Below are positions 1 through 12,529 of a stretch of DNA of 64,000 nucleotides, piece by piece. The translations under genes were made by a program, and so were the position numbers. Every line of letters begins with the position of its first letter. Position 1 is the first letter of the stretch. Under the pieces are notes generated by a model. The model saw only the letters and a program-made list of their open reading frames with translations. It did no database searches and had not been told where the DNA came from. Source of the DNA: an uncultured Methanosarcinaceae archaeon (GTDB lineage: Archaea; Halobacteriota; Methanosarcinia; Methanosarcinales; Methanosarcinaceae); the NCBI GenBank assembly GCA_963733675.1, contig CAVTET010000006.1:64001-128000 (forward strand), given 5' to 3'.

Positions 1-1
1 A

Positions 2-217
<216 letters not shown>

Positions 218-434
218 GAAGTAAGTTTTATTCAGAAACTATTTTTTGTAGTGAAAGAAAAAGGATGTAGAGCCAATTATATTTTACAGAACTTTGGTAC
301 ACTCCCTAGACTGTCTCAATAGGTAATGAACTCGTTCAATCTTTGAAAATCTAGCCTTTTAATTCATCAGAAAAAAGCTAAGGCTAGAAAAAGGAATAAG
401 ATGGTTGAGTACGGACACATGATATGCCACTCTT

Positions 435-614
435 TTACTTCCCCAGGAACTTCTTGATTCTACCCACCTTTTCTTGCGCCTTACCTTCTATCTTTTCAAC
501 ATTACCTTCGGCTTTCAAGTGGGGATTATTGATGAGTTCCCCGACTGTTTCCTTGATCTCTCCCTTCACTTTGTGAAGCTTACCTTCTGCTTGATCCCGA
601 ATGCTTGTTTTCAT
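435..614 (-). CDS. CsbD-family general stress protein
   Basis: MKTSIRDQAEGKLHKVKGEIKETVGELINNPHLKAEG...EGKAQEKVG matches the CsbD pattern. Likely ATG at 614 within ORF 435..749. Confidence 0.8.
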   Translation of the reverse strand: MKTSIRDQAEGKLHKVKGEIKETVGELINNPHLKAEGNVEKIEGKAQEKVGRIKKFLGK

Positions 615-1978
615 GGTACTTCCCTTTCCTAAAGTTTCTTTCTGATCTTGCGAAATTATCAAAGCTGTGGCTTTGTATCCCAAATAGGCAGAATTTAGGG
701 TGTTGCAAGTGTTACTCTCTTGCTTTTCTGGCTGATCTGCACAAAACAAATATCGTGAGTTTGTTGATGTAATTACTTTAAGTTAATTGTATGGAAAATT
801 GTTTCTGAACAAAAGCTACTCATGCACAAATTTTTTTAAGTTAAAAACTAATTAAACATTAGTAATATTTTTTTATGATTTTTGGGATCTTCAACATTTA
901 GTGCTAATTTAGTCCCTAAAAGCAATGCAAATTAATTTCATATCAAATTCTGATCGTGCCCTTGAGTCATTATAGAAGATTTCGATAAACCTCTGATTTT
1001 CAAGAGTAATTTATGTATTATTTAGAAAGTTTATTAATAGCAATCACTCGTTCATCATCTTATGACCCAAAAGTTAAAAGCTTATTTAATTGGCTTGGTA
1101 CCACTTACTTCTTAACCAGAGATGAAGTATTCACCCATTACGTTTCATCGCGGCGTTGCTCCTGCTGAAAGCACTCTAGTTTTCGATTAGATAGATACTA
1201 ATGCAGTTATCCCAAAAATCTGTCTCGACAAATGCGAGCTAAATTTGAATTTTTTGCGAAAGATAGGAGACCAATGAAAAACAGAAACTTCAATCCGTCA
1301 ATATTGGCCAAATACCTCGCTAGTTTAGGATTCTAGCTTTATGAGGACCTGAGCCCAACAGGCATCGAAGTACATTACTTGCAAGTACGCACTTATGGAG
1401 GCATTATTAGCATGGGCACTTTGCACGTACAATCGTTGAATTTTCATGAATTGTGTAAAATCCGTCATTCATTGAAAGTTAGATTAATTTTTAAGCTACT
1501 TCCATATTGAGAAAATATATGAAATTTTTGTGTACATCTGCGGAAAATGGAAACAAATAAACTATCGATCTCATTTACTTTCTTTATCCACCACATATGA
1601 ATTAGACCAGTTGGTTCTACTACATGAATTTAATTAAATAAAATTTATTTAATTAGCTAAATAATTATCTAAATTAATTATATCAAAAACTTCTTCTGAA
1701 CAAAGGAACTCCCACATCAAATGTAGTAAAATTTAACAATATTTAAATATTACCAATGTTAGTATTATATCAGGTGTCGTTTATGGCTGGTTTAACAGCG
1801 ATGGCATTAACTATACTAAGATTACTGAACCGTAATTTGTTATTTAATGGCTTGAGTTTTTTAAATAAATATGAAAATATAGTATTCAATACATTTTTGC
1901 AATCTATACTAAGTAATGATGCAGATGATAGAGCTCTGCAGAGAAAATAGAATATGTCATTAGCAAATCAGACAGAAT

Positions 1979-2182
1979 GAGGAAGATAATATGATATCCG
2001 AAGGTCACGGAGAACTATTCCAAAGATATGAGACCAATCCTACACTTACCTTTGAAGATAGGCCATACCAGGTCCACTCAGAGGAAGGTAACAGTATATT
2101 GAAAGGCCACAGAGAGCTGTTTCAAAGGTATAAGAAAAATCCTATACTTACCGCTGAAGATTGGCCATATCAGGCCCACTCA
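1979..2182 (+). repeat. diverged 102-bp tandem duplication covering the RBS and N-terminus of the GH130 gene
   Basis: GAGGAAG at 1979 and 2081. GHGELFQRYETNPTLTFEDRPYQVHS versus GHRELFQRYKKNPILTAEDWPYQAHS. Confidence 0.8.
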
Positions 2183-3067
2183 GTCTTCAACCCTGCAGCA
2201 GCTATAGTTAATGGTATAACTCTATTACTGGTACGTGTCGAAGATCACAGGGGCTTTTCTCATTTTACGGTAGCCAGGAGTAAGAATGGAATTGACGGCT
2301 GGGAGATTGACAGCAAACCAACCTTTGCTCCAGATCCTATAAACTACCCTGAAGAGATATATGGAATTGAAGATGCGCGTATAACTTACATTGATGAGAT
2401 GGAAAAATGGGCCGTAGCATATACGGCGTATTCGGATTCGGGGCCCCTACCAGCTCTTGCCTTTACAGAAGACTTCTGTAATTTTGATCGGGTAGGAGCT
2501 ACCATGCCTCCTGAAAATAAAGATGCTGCTGTTTTTCCTATAAGATTTGATGGCATGTGGGCAATGTTACATCGGCCTGTATCTCGCATGACTGGTTCGA
2601 AGGCAAATATCTGGATATCCTTTTCTCCAGATATGAAGTACTGGGGAGAACACGAGGTTCTTCTGTATGCTCGGGAAGGCGGATGGTGGGATGCCAACAA
2701 GATAGGTCTGTCTCCGCAGCCAATACGCACATCTGATGGATGGTTAATTATGTATCACGGGGTCCGCCAGACGACATCTAAGGCAAGTTATCGACTTGGG
2801 TTAGCTCTTCTTGATCTTGAAAATCCTAGGAAAGTGCTCCACAGATCTGAAGGATGGGTTTTCGGGCCTCGTGAAATGTATGAACGTAGTGGAGACGTTA
2901 ATGATGTTGTTTTTCCTTGCGGATGGGTTTTAGTGAATGATGAAATCCGCATTTATTACGGAAGTGCGGATGTGTCAGTATCAATGGCCGGTGCAAAAAT
3001 GAGCCACATCTTGGAGTATATACATAAGTGCCCTGAGACTCAATGTCCTGAAGAATACTATAGATGA
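1991..3067 (+). CDS. glycoside hydrolase family 130 (PH1107-like glycosidase/phosphorylase)
   Basis: Motifs VFNPAA, GIEDARIT, ENKDAAVFP, MLHRP, YHGV, YRLGLALLDLENP, VVFPCG, YYGSAD. Confidence 0.85.
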   Translation: MISEGHGELFQRYETNPTLTFEDRPYQVHSEEGNSILKGHRELFQRYKKNPILTAEDWPYQAHSVFNPAAAIVNGITLLLVRVEDHRGFSHFTVARSKNGIDGWEIDSKPTFAPDPINYPEEIYGIEDARITYIDEMEKWAVAYTAYSDSGPLPALAFTEDFCNFDRVGATMPPENKDAAVFPIRFDGMWAMLHRPVSRMTGSKANIWISFSPDMKYWGEHEVLLYAREGGWWDANKIGLSPQPIRTSDGWLIMYHGVRQTTSKASYRLGLALLDLENPRKVLHRSEGWVFGPREMYERSGDVNDVVFPCGWVLVNDEIRIYYGSADVSVSMAGAKMSHILEYIHKCPETQCPEEYYR

Positions 3068-3120
3068 TTTGAAGAGAACAATGATTATTCTAGATACAAA
3101 AAAAGTGATATTAAATTAAA

Positions 3121-3207
3121 GAGGATTTTCGATAACTTCTAATTTTCACGAGTCACCAATATACCATTCATAAACATGACGAAATTAAAAAATTTATCGA
3201 AATCCTC
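3121..3207. mobile_element. ~87-bp MITE, IS5-type ends (family A)
   Basis: Inverted ends GAGGATTTTCGATAA...TTATCGAAATCCTC. Interior similar to the reverse complement of 37672-37756. Confidence 0.7.
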
Positions 3208-3248
3208 TATATTCCTAGTTTCTTTATAGATTGTTGTCTGCGTTAGGT

Positions 3249-3701
3249 TTATAAAAGGTTTCTCTGAGATTCTAGAAACTGCTGCTTTAGTGATTTAAAA
3301 AGGAATGGGAACTCCTCTTTAAGTTGTATGAGGAGTTCTTCATCTAATTTTACATTATAAAGCCCTCTAACTTTAGATAGCTGGTCAATTGATAAATTGA
3401 GAGCTCCTCTCAGATTAGCTCCTTCAAGATTAGTTCCTTCAAGTTTAGCCCTAAACAAGTTCGTTCCTTGAAGATTAACTTCTTTAAGGTTAGCTCCTTT
3501 AAGGTGAGATCCTACAAGATTAGCTCCATAAAAATTAGCTTTTATAAAATCAGTTTCTTTAAGGTTAGCTTCTCTTAAATTAGCTCCTTGAAGTTTAGTT
3601 TCTCTAAGATTAGCTCTCTCAAGGTTAGCCCCCTCAAGGTCAGCTCTTTTAAGGTCAGCTCCGTGAAGATCAGCTTTTATCAAAGTAGTTGCTCTAAAAT
3701 T
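3249..3701 (-). pseudogene. pentapeptide-repeat protein, 5'-truncated by an IS6 element
   Basis: A(D/N)LXX repeats run up to the IS end at 3702, with no native start. Confidence 0.8.
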
Positions 3702-4557
3702 GGTTCCGTTGCGAAAAATTCAAAAAAATATGTAAATCTATAAGTAATGAATAAAAATCAAAATATTCAAAGAAAATGCACTAACATTATAAAACCATAC
3801 CAAACAATTGATTAATGTATTTGACTTCATTACGAACCGAGTAATTGAGATTATTGACTTGTCCTTTTTTGACCATATTCATAGCTTCAATTCCTTTTAA
3901 AGTCTTATTAGCAGATTGAAAAGACTGAAATCCTAACATTGGATTAACGATTCGCTTTATAAATCTATGATCTTGTTCTATAATGTTATTCAAATACTTG
4001 ATTTGTCTAATGCCTACGTTTTTAGGTAGTATTTTATCATTTTTCAGTTTATCTATAGCAGGTGGATAAGCTGGATTCTTATCAACTGTTATTACTCTTG
4101 AAATTTGATTATGATTAGAACTCAAAGCTTTCTTAAAGAATCTATTCGCTGCTATTCTATTTCGTTTTGCACTTAACATGAAATCAATTGTATCTCCATT
4201 TGAGTCAACTGCTCGGTAAAAATATTTCCATTTACTTTTTATTTTGATATAGGTTTCATCAACTCTCTACGAATCATTTGTGGGTCTTAAATGTCTTCTT
4301 ATTCTTCGTTTCTAGTTCAGGAAAATATTGATGTACCCATCTCATTATAGTACTGGGATCAACTTGAATTCCTCTTTCTATCATCATTTCCTTTAAACTT
4401 CTATAGCTCAATGGGTATTTTAAGTACCATCTTACATTCAATAAGATAATTTCTCCTTCATAATGCTTCCATTTAAAGGAATGAGATAGCATATTACTAT
4501 CTTTGGTTTTCTTTTTATTTTATTATATCATTAGAAAAGATTTTTTGCAACGGAACC
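3702..4557 (-). mobile_element. IS6-family insertion sequence (856 bp)
   Basis: Terminal inverted repeats GGTTCCGTTGC(G/A)AAAAAT at 3702 and 4557 enclose an IS6/IS240-type transposase. No target duplication visible. Confidence 0.92.
3787..4492 (-). pseudogene. IS6-family DDE transposase, frameshifted
   Basis: FKWKHY..VRWYLKYPLSYR..STIMRWV, then a frameshift near 4310 and an in-frame TAG in DS*RVDETYIK. Downstream YRAVDSNG, ITVDKNPAY, YLNNIIEQDHRFIK. Confidence 0.87.
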
Positions 4558-4666
4558 GCAAATCTTCTGTTTCAACAAATACATTAATAATGAGTTATGA
4601 CTATTCACTTACGCTTCAGCTTCACTTTTACATTTCATTTAATTTGTCCTTAATCAAGGTGAATTT

Positions 4667-6001
4667 ATGTCTTTAGCAAATCTTAGAACACATTACACAG
4701 CCGATATCAGGCCTGAAAAAATAGCAGATGGCCAGAAAATCACCCTTTCAGGCTGGGTCCATGAAGTTAGAGACCTAGGTGGGATCTGTTTTATAGTTAT
4801 CAGGGACCGGGAAGGGAAGGCTCAGGTTACAATGGTAAAGAAAAAAGTTGATAAAGATTTATTTGATGCTGCAAGGAAACTTGTTCGCGAATCAGTAATA
4901 ACAGTAATTGGATCTGTCAAGTTTGAAGAAAAAGCTCCAAACGGATATGAACTGCTTCCTGATGAGATTCGTGTCCTAAGTATCGCAGGATCTCCACTAC
5001 CAATGGACACAACGGGAAAAGTTGAAGCTGAATTGGATACAAGGCTTGATTCCCGTTTTATAGATTTACGAAGAGAGGAGACTACTGCGATTTTTAAGAT
5101 AAGACACCAGGTTCTTCAATCTAGTAGGGAATACTTCATAAAACATAAATTTATCGAAACCTCAACTCCAAAGGTTGTGGCAACTGCAACAGAAGGTGGG
5201 ACTTCACTTTTTCCGATCACCTATTTTGACAGAGAAGCTTTTCTGAATCAGAGCCCTCAGCTTTTCAAGCAAATACTTATGAGTGGTGGTTTTGACAGGG
5301 TCTTTGAAATCGGCCCTATTTTCAGGGCAGAAGAACACGATACTCGCAGGCATTTGAACGAAGCCACATCTATAGACGTTGAAGTTAGCTTTGCAGATCA
5401 TTTCGATGTAATGGAAATTTTGGAAAATCTAGTGGCTTATATCTACAGCCGAGTTATCAAAAACTGTCAAAATTCTCTTGAAATCCTGGGAGTCAAACTA
5501 AAGGTTCCTAATATACCTTTCCTGAAGCTTACCTACGGTGAAGTAATAGAGATCATTAATGCCCAGTCGGAAGATAAAATGCACTGGAAAGATGATATCG
5601 GTACTCTAGGAGAACATATTGTGGGCGATCATGTCTACAAGACCACAGGAGAGTCCCATTATTTCATCATTGACTGGCCTACGGAGATTAAACCATTCTA
5701 TGCAATGCCTCATGAGGACAGGCCTGAGTTAAGTAAATCATTTGATATGATGCATCGCACAATGGAGCTTTCCTCAGGAGCTCAGCGTATTCATATTTCT
5801 GGTTTGCTTAAGAGCCGAATCGAATCCCAGGGTATGAATCCTGACAACTTTGAGTTTTACCTTAAGGCTTTCGAATATGGTATGCCTCCACATGCTGGTT
5901 GGGGTCTGGGTTGTGAACGATTTGTTATGACCATGCTTGGAACAGACAACATAAGGGATACAGTACTCTTTCCTAGAGACAGGAGAAGACTTTCTCCCTA
6001 A
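4667..6001 (+). CDS. aspS: archaeal aspartate--tRNA(Asp/Asn) ligase
   Basis: [53 protein letters not shown]. Confidence 0.97.
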   Translation: MSLANLRTHYTADIRPEKIADGQKITLSGWVHEVRDLGGICFIVIRDREGKAQVTMVKKKVDKDLFDAARKLVRESVITVIGSVKFEEKAPNGYELLPDEIRVLSIAGSPLPMDTTGKVEAELDTRLDSRFIDLRREETTAIFKIRHQVLQSSREYFIKHKFIETSTPKVVATATEGGTSLFPITYFDREAFLNQSPQLFKQILMSGGFDRVFEIGPIFRAEEHDTRRHLNEATSIDVEVSFADHFDVMEILENLVAYIYSRVIKNCQNSLEILGVKLKVPNIPFLKLTYGEVIEIINAQSEDKMHWKDDIGTLGEHIVGDHVYKTTGESHYFIIDWPTEIKPFYAMPHEDRPELSKSFDMMHRTMELSSGAQRIHISGLLKSRIESQGMNPDNFEFYLKAFEYGMPPHAGWGLGCERFVMTMLGTDNIRDTVLFPRDRRRLSP

Positions 6002-6088
6002 GGTCCTTAATTTTGAATTTTGCACAATTTTTCAATCTTAAGAATGGTTATAATTATTTTCTTAATATTTGAACCTGAAGGGAATCAT

Positions 6089-6787
6089 ATGGCTGAAAGA
6101 AATATATCAACTGACTCCGTGGAAAAACGTGCAGCTGGCATTGCAACATCGCTAGTAGTTAAATCAGGGATGGTAGTGGGACTCGGGACAGGCTCAACAG
6201 TTGCGAATACTATAAGAGAACTCGGCAGGCGGATATGTGACGAGGAACTCGAGATCCTTGGTGTTGTTACATCTTACCAGTCCGAAATGCTTGCAATAGA
6301 AGCCGGCATTCCTTTGACTACCCTTGCCCAGCATCCGGAAGTGGATCTTGCAATTGATGGAGCTGACCAGATCGATTCAAATCTTTATGCGATCAAAGGT
6401 AAAGGAGCAGCTCATACAAGGGAAAAAATAGTCTCCCTTTCAGCAAAACGTTTTCTTGTTGTAGTTGACGAATCAAAAATGAGTTTGCATCTTGATAAGG
6501 AAGTGCCAGTCGAAGTCCTGCCCTTTGCAAAAGAACTTGTGATGAAAAATATATTTAAAATGGGGGGAAAGCCAGAGCTGAGACTTGCTCTGAGAAAAGA
6601 TGGACCAGTGATAACCGACAATGGGAACTTAGTACTCGATTCGAGATTTGGTATAATAAATGATCCTAAAAGACTTGCTCACCAACTATCTTTAATTCCT
6701 GGAGTTGTGGAGCATGGTATTTTTTCCAATGTAAATGAGCTTTATATCGGGAAAAAGGATGGATCAGTGAAAATAGTCCGGAAATAA
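6089..6787 (+). CDS. rpiA: ribose-5-phosphate isomerase A
   Basis: [40 protein letters not shown] at 6089 is the likely start. Confidence 0.95.
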   Translation: MAERNISTDSVEKRAAGIATSLVVKSGMVVGLGTGSTVANTIRELGRRICDEELEILGVVTSYQSEMLAIEAGIPLTTLAQHPEVDLAIDGADQIDSNLYAIKGKGAAHTREKIVSLSAKRFLVVVDESKMSLHLDKEVPVEVLPFAKELVMKNIFKMGGKPELRLALRKDGPVITDNGNLVLDSRFGIINDPKRLAHQLSLIPGVVEHGIFSNVNELYIGKKDGSVKIVRK

Positions 6788-7144
6788 TGAATCCAAATCT
6801 TGGATAGTAAAGCATATTCATTGGGAGATCAATCTGTTCTATAGTTCATGAGGAGAAAAACTTATAGTAAGAATGAAATCTTCAAAGTATGGTTTTTGTT
6901 ATCTTTCAGAATACGATGAGGATACATATTTTTATACTTAATGATTAGTATTTATAATCGGTATGTTTTTATAGAAGTATTATCAGTAATTTCTGAGTAA
7001 ATACTGCTTTGTATCAGTCAATCATTAAATTACGTTTTCATGTTGATCTCCTGCTAAAATTGACTACAAGTCAGAACAACTTCAAATTAATTTCTTTAAT
7101 ATATACACTAATATATACACTATATTTTAAGGAGGTTTCTCTAG

Positions 7145-8788
7145 ATGGATAAAGGTGCCCAACCAATCATAATAATAGATCCCAAAAAAGAGCAGACTAA
7201 GGGAAGAGAAGCGCTTAATATGAATATTGCGGCTGCAAAGGCAGTGGCAAAAATAGTCAAAAGCACGCTCGGGCCGGGTGGTATGGACAAAATGCTTGTC
7301 AACCCTATTGGAGATATAACAATCACAAACGACGGTGCTACTATCTTGCATGAGATGTCCATCGAGCATCCGGCAGCCAAGATGGTAGTTGAGGTTGCTG
7401 AGTCACTTGAAAGTTCAGCAGGCGACGGAACTACAAGTGCTGTTGTATTCACAGGTTCCTTGCTGGAAAAAGCAGAAACCCTTATTGACAATGGGGTTCA
7501 CCCAACAATTGTTGTCAAAGGATACAATCTCGCAGCTGATAAGGCCATTGAGATTTTAGAGAATCTAGCGACCTCAGTTGGTGAGGGTGAAAAGGAGATT
7601 CTTGTAAAAGTTGCTAAAACCTCCATTACAGGTAAAGCTTCCGAAAAATACAATATATTGATTGCGAATCTCTGCGTAGATGCAGTTCTTGCTATACACG
7701 AGAAAGGAAAGGCTGACCTTAAACGCATTATTCTCACGAAAGATGTAGGCCACACTATTGATGAGACGGAGTTTGTGGAAGGTATTGTAATTGATAAAGT
7801 TTCCCTGGAGAAAGATTACCCTCTAAAAATTCAGAATCCAAATATTGCACTTATAGATGCCCCTATGGAGATCGGCAAAACTACAAACAAAGCAAAACTT
7901 CAGATAAATAATGCAGTGGATTTTGAGAATTTCATAATACAAGAGAATGCAGCTCTTTTAGAGATGGCAGACTATATCATTAGGGCAGGTGCAAATGCTG
8001 TTTTCTGTTCAAAAGGTATGGATGACAAAATTGCGGCTTACTTGCAAAATAGGGGAATTTATGCCACTCGTAGGGTCAAGAGTGAAGATATGCAACACCT
8101 TGCTGACGCCACAAACGGAAAACTCGTAAGAAATATCAAGGAACTTACCGAAAAAGAACTTGGGCATGCAGGAATGCTTGAACAGGATCGCGATGGAGAC
8201 CAGGGGAAAACATATTTAAGATCTTGCAAGGGTGCTAAATCCGTATCAATTGTCATCCGAGGTGAAACCGAACATGTCGTTGATAATGTGGAGCGTGCAA
8301 TTGACGATGCACTCAAAGTAGTGAAATGCGTTGTAGAAGACGGAAAAGTTGTTCCAGGTGGTGGGGCTTCGGAAATAGAAGTTGCACTTAGGCTTCGCTC
8401 TTATGCCGCTAGCATAGGTGGGCGTGAGCAGATGGCAATTTTGGCATTTGCAGATGCCCTTGAAGAAATTCCGAGAACGATTGCCAAAAATGCAGGTTTA
8501 GACGCAGTAAATTCTATCGTGAACCTCAGGGCAAAGCACGCAGAAAACGAAAGTGCAGGCTTAAGCATTCCAACAGGCATTATAGAAGATATGTTTGAAA
8601 AAGGTGTTGTTGATCCACTTAGAGTGAAGGTAGAATCCATCAAAGCCGGTTCCGAAGCTGCGGAGATGATACTCCATGTGGACGATGTTCTCAGTGCCAA
8701 GAGTTCGTCAATGCCTGATATCAACCCAGAACATATGGCAAGTACTTATGACGGCATGTCAGCTCCTCAACTTAACATGCGCAGGTAA
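7145..8788 (+). CDS. thermosome (group II chaperonin) subunit, paralog lacking a GGM tail
   Basis: [46 protein letters not shown] upstream. Confidence 0.95.
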   Translation: MDKGAQPIIIIDPKKEQTKGREALNMNIAAAKAVAKIVKSTLGPGGMDKMLVNPIGDITITNDGATILHEMSIEHPAAKMVVEVAESLESSAGDGTTSAVVFTGSLLEKAETLIDNGVHPTIVVKGYNLAADKAIEILENLATSVGEGEKEILVKVAKTSITGKASEKYNILIANLCVDAVLAIHEKGKADLKRIILTKDVGHTIDETEFVEGIVIDKVSLEKDYPLKIQNPNIALIDAPMEIGKTTNKAKLQINNAVDFENFIIQENAALLEMADYIIRAGANAVFCSKGMDDKIAAYLQNRGIYATRRVKSEDMQHLADATNGKLVRNIKELTEKELGHAGMLEQDRDGDQGKTYLRSCKGAKSVSIVIRGETEHVVDNVERAIDDALKVVKCVVEDGKVVPGGGASEIEVALRLRSYAASIGGREQMAILAFADALEEIPRTIAKNAGLDAVNSIVNLRAKHAENESAGLSIPTGIIEDMFEKGVVDPLRVKVESIKAGSEAAEMILHVDDVLSAKSSSMPDINPEHMASTYDGMSAPQLNMRR

Positions 8789-9727
8789 GTCTGAGTTTCT
8801 GCATCGTTAGCGATAACAATCCTAGATACAATAAAAGAAGGGAAGATGGAGGTTTATCCTGGAGTTCCGATTTTATAATCATTTTATTATCATTTTTTTT
8901 TGATTTATATTTTTTGCAACTATTTCTCAAAGGAAGACAATATCAATAGCCATATCTATTAAGATTCACGGAGCAAATTTTCGATAAACTGATTTTATTT
9001 AACTGTAAGATCTTGATAATGATTTTTATTTTTTTCATCAATTAATCGTCAAAAGTATCTGATGGTATTGAAATAACTATTCTTAACGGATTTTTTTGAG
9101 TCCGAATAGTTGCCATCAGAAGCTAGATTATTTTTCAATCTTCTGTAAAATTAGTAAAATGGATGGCTTTCTTTAATAGATGGCTTTCTTTTATAGTACC
9201 TCTTTAGAAATTGGGTATTAATGACTTAATAAAACTTTATCAGAAAAGAAATTTAGCTGCATTGTGCATCATTTTCTGTAAAATAACGGATTCATAGATA
9301 CAATGCCATTAATATTCAAAAAGATTGGGAAATGAGTAGACACTATGCTAAAGTGTGACTTTTCAATACATAGATTTAAAGTAAAACATGTGTATAGTTA
9401 CACTGGAAATTTGATCATGAAGACATCATATATTAATGGTGGAAAACCACTGCTTTTAGTAAATAACCTATGTAAACAACATCTTGAAAAAAAGTATTTA
9501 CTTAGAACTATTTAAAATATATTTATAGTCCCGATGGGTTGATCACAGAAAAGCCTGTTATTACCCCTCAAATAAAGCAAGCTCTGAAGAAAAAACATTA
9601 CAGAGGCCAAAGACATCGGTTCATACATAAAAACTATGCAGGGGGAAATACCTTAACAGAGAATGGTTTCCATATGCCCAAACTTAACAACCAAGGGCGA
9701 TAGTCAAAATTTTGACTGCTGCTGCTT

Positions 9728-9811
9728 CTAATATTTCACTTCTCTGCCACATACACCTTTTTTGGTACAACCTTTTGAGTTAAGGGTTTTTTGATATTGA
9801 TTAAATGACAT
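9728..9811 (-). pseudogene. hcp: N-terminal remnant of hybrid-cluster protein (hydroxylamine reductase)
   Basis: MSFNQYQKTLNSKGCTKKGVCGRE resembles the Hcp start MFCxQCQET...GCT..GVCGK, then stops. Confidence 0.55.
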
Positions 9812-10017
9812 ATTTTTGTCAGCTTTTATTCCGTATACTCCCACTTTTCCTTTAATTATGTCCCACAAACTAGTTTGTCTTTTTAATTATATTTATATAG
9901 TGTTGTTGTAAAGAAAGGTCTCCTTCTAGTACCGCTACATTTAGAATACTATTTTCCATACGGTACCAATTCTTATATCGGAACTCTGTCCGATATGGTT
10001 CCCTCAATGATGAAAAC

Positions 10018-10830
10018 TCAATTTTTAGAAACTAGAGCTTGAAACCTATCCCCATGAGCTTTAGGCAGTAAAGCTTTTTCTTCTTGTTCACACTCCATTC
10101 CATTTTCAACGGCTTCCCTTATGATATATCCGGCTTTGTGCAGGATAGTATCTCCGAGCTGAGGATCTTTGTCCATACTTCCGGTACAGGGATAGGAATG
10201 ATGTGCACTTGAAATGGTTTCTTTATAGCCTGGAATATCTGACCAACCTAGTTTTTTTGCCACAAACCATGTAGAACCGCAGGGAGCATCACTAATTACC
10301 CCTGCTCCTATGAACATCTTCCCATCATGACTCGTTTCGATCCTCAGCATAGGCTTTCCGAAGCCAAGGTCAACAAAAGAATCTATGATCGGTTTTCCAG
10401 TTTTTTCAAGTGAACAGAAAGGCTTTGGTCCTTCAAACTCGACTCCCATAGCCTCAAGCTCTTTTCTGAGTTGCTCAAGGACCCCAGCCGGGGTTTTCTT
10501 CGAGTCTTCAGCGGGTGCAATTACAGATTTTGCCTTAGTTTTCTTCACGACATCCGGAAGAGCTGCAAGAAGGTCTGGATGGATGCCAATAGCAAGTATC
10601 AGGTCACAATCCGGAAGTGTTGTTGGAATATACTGTTCTGGCTCTTCTATGAATGTGGGTAGGTCTTCAGGGAATTCATGAATTCCCACAATCATGTTTG
10701 CATATGACTTTCTAGCTTGCCTGCAGTGGTTACATAGATCTCCGCAGGACACACAGAAATTGCTCGAGTTAATAAGGTTTTGGATAACTTTTTTCCCAAG
10801 TTCACCTGTGTAGAGCACAAGAATTCGCAT
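10018..10830 (-). CDS. DUF166-family protein
   Basis: GIHPDLL, PKPFCSL, DAPCGSTWFVA, AHHSYPCTGSM, ILHKAG. Confidence 0.8.
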   Translation of the reverse strand: MRILVLYTGELGKKVIQNLINSSNFCVSCGDLCNHCRQARKSYANMIVGIHEFPEDLPTFIEEPEQYIPTTLPDCDLILAIGIHPDLLAALPDVVKKTKAKSVIAPAEDSKKTPAGVLEQLRKELEAMGVEFEGPKPFCSLEKTGKPIIDSFVDLGFGKPMLRIETSHDGKMFIGAGVISDAPCGSTWFVAKKLGWSDIPGYKETISSAHHSYPCTGSMDKDPQLGDTILHKAGYIIREAVENGMECEQEEKALLPKAHGDRFQALVSKN

Positions 10831-11036
10831 AGATTTACTCCTTGTAATGGGGATTTAAAAATCATTTTGTAACTTTTCTTTCGTTGTAGAAGAAAATTTT
10901 GAATCTCTTTGCATTTCCAACAAAAACGCTCAAAGAACGGAAACTGATTTTTGCTGGACTGTTAACGAAGCTATTTACGAAACTTTTAATGCCCAGTTCT
11001 TAAGTATTCATTTTTAATGCCAATTCTTTTATCTTT

Positions 11037-11151
11037 AGGACTTACGAGGTTGAACTGAAAAACAAAACCAGTAAATGTTTAACTGTCTAAGTCTTAATTA
11101 TTCTGGAGAGGCTGCATACCCTTGATTTTACCCCTCAACCGCATAAGTACT
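11037..11151. mobile_element. degenerate MITE with AGGACTTACG-type ends (family B)
   Basis: AGGACTTACGAGGTTGAACTGAAAAAC at the left. Inverted ends TGTCTAAGTCTT (about 11084-11095) and ACCGCATAAGTACT (about 11138-11151). Confidence 0.55.
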
Positions 11152-11820
11152 ATTCTCCATACTATACAATTATTTATTTCAATGTATTAATAATGAGAGT
11201 TTCGAAATAGAAATTGGTATTCATAACTGAACCAACATTTTAATTTAAGATAATAAGATCTTTAAAGTCCGATCACTACCGATCTTCCAGGAAAATTACG
11301 AACATATAAACGCAACCAAAAATCGTGTTGTAGAAAATGTCTTGATAACATCAATCAGAAATTATTGGACGATCAATAGCAACAATGAAACCTAAAAGTA
11401 GGATACAAAAAGTTAAAATTCTATAGCCTTTTAGATGGGTTACATATGAGACTTGTTTATATTAATATACTTGAAAGTATGTAATCGGGTATTCATAACT
11501 CGGGTTGAAAAATCATTACATGTGATTCAAAGATGTACATAAAATTCGTTAAACGATAGCAAATAAATGTAGGGTTCTTTAATTAAAATTTACGCACTTG
11601 ATGATTAAAATCAATCACAATGAACGTTGTAATTCAAATGCCTAATTTAGACAGTTGAAGGTTTAATGCTATAAATTTTTCATTCCAACTAGGTAAGTTT
11701 TATAATGTTTAAAAATTGCACGACATAATTCCGAGTTAAACCGATAACTTTCAATCCTCTCTATTACAATCAACTTTATTTATACTTCTTTGCTTGGTTT
11801 TCTATTTGCACTCGACTCGC

Positions 11821-12177
11821 TCAGTGGTCACAATACATACAAATAGCCTTCTCACAATCTTCATTCTGGAATTTCCACTTCAGCCCCCAGAGTTTAATTG
11901 CCTGTATTATCTTCACAAAATCCACCCCACTTTCAGTTAGATAATACTCGGATTTTGGTAGATTTGTCGAGTCGTCGATCTTATTTGCAATCAAGCCTTC
12001 TTCTTCTAGTTCTCTCAGCCTTTCCGAAAGTATTTTTGGGGTTATGTACGCGAGCTTTCTTTTTAATTCGTTAAAACGTTTCTCCTTCTTTTCCCCTTTG
12101 TGCAATTCGAGAAGTATATGAATCGTCCATCGTTTACCAATTATATTCATAGTTTTATAGACTGTGCAGTCTTTCAT
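11821..12177 (-). CDS. HxlR-family winged-helix transcriptional regulator with C-terminal Cys residues
   Basis: C.VYKTMNIIGKRWT..IL..L, RFNELKR, ITPKILSERLRELEEEGLI, EYYLTESG. C-terminal CEKAICMYC. Confidence 0.88.
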   Translation of the reverse strand: MKDCTVYKTMNIIGKRWTIHILLELHKGEKKEKRFNELKRKLAYITPKILSERLRELEEEGLIANKIDDSTNLPKSEYYLTESGVDFVKIIQAIKLWGLKWKFQNEDCEKAICMYCDH

Positions 12178-12529
12178 AGTATATATGTAGAAACTGTTCA
12201 AAATATAAATATATATATCTAATATACTAATATCAAAAGCATACTTAAAAATAATTTGATTTATAAAATTCATCTAAATAAATATAGTAAAAGCTTTCTA
12301 ATGCATCTATTCTGAAGTACATCAATAAATCTGGACTTGCAAGTCTGGCCATTGATCAACTAACTTCCCGCAAAAGAGATAATTATTTTGGAATCGATGC
12401 ACTAGTATCATAGCAAAAAGATTCATAATCAGTTTACGACTGAGACATTTTGCTTTAGCTACACAAAAACTATCAAGTAGTTTCATTATACATTAAAATC
12501 CAAGATATAAATTTGGAGAAAGGATAAAT

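Noticed and set aside
1274-1510. RBS plus ATG and a short frame interrupted by TAG
   Set aside because: No recognisable motif, so a gene call cannot be supported.
7098-7121. AATATATACACT direct repeat upstream of the thermosome
   Set aside because: A single short AT-rich duplication. No evidence that it is an operator.
7127-8724. Antisense ORFs inside the thermosome gene (similar ones lie inside aspS, GH130, gmd and the rfb genes)
   Set aside because: Shadow ORFs opposite well-supported genes.
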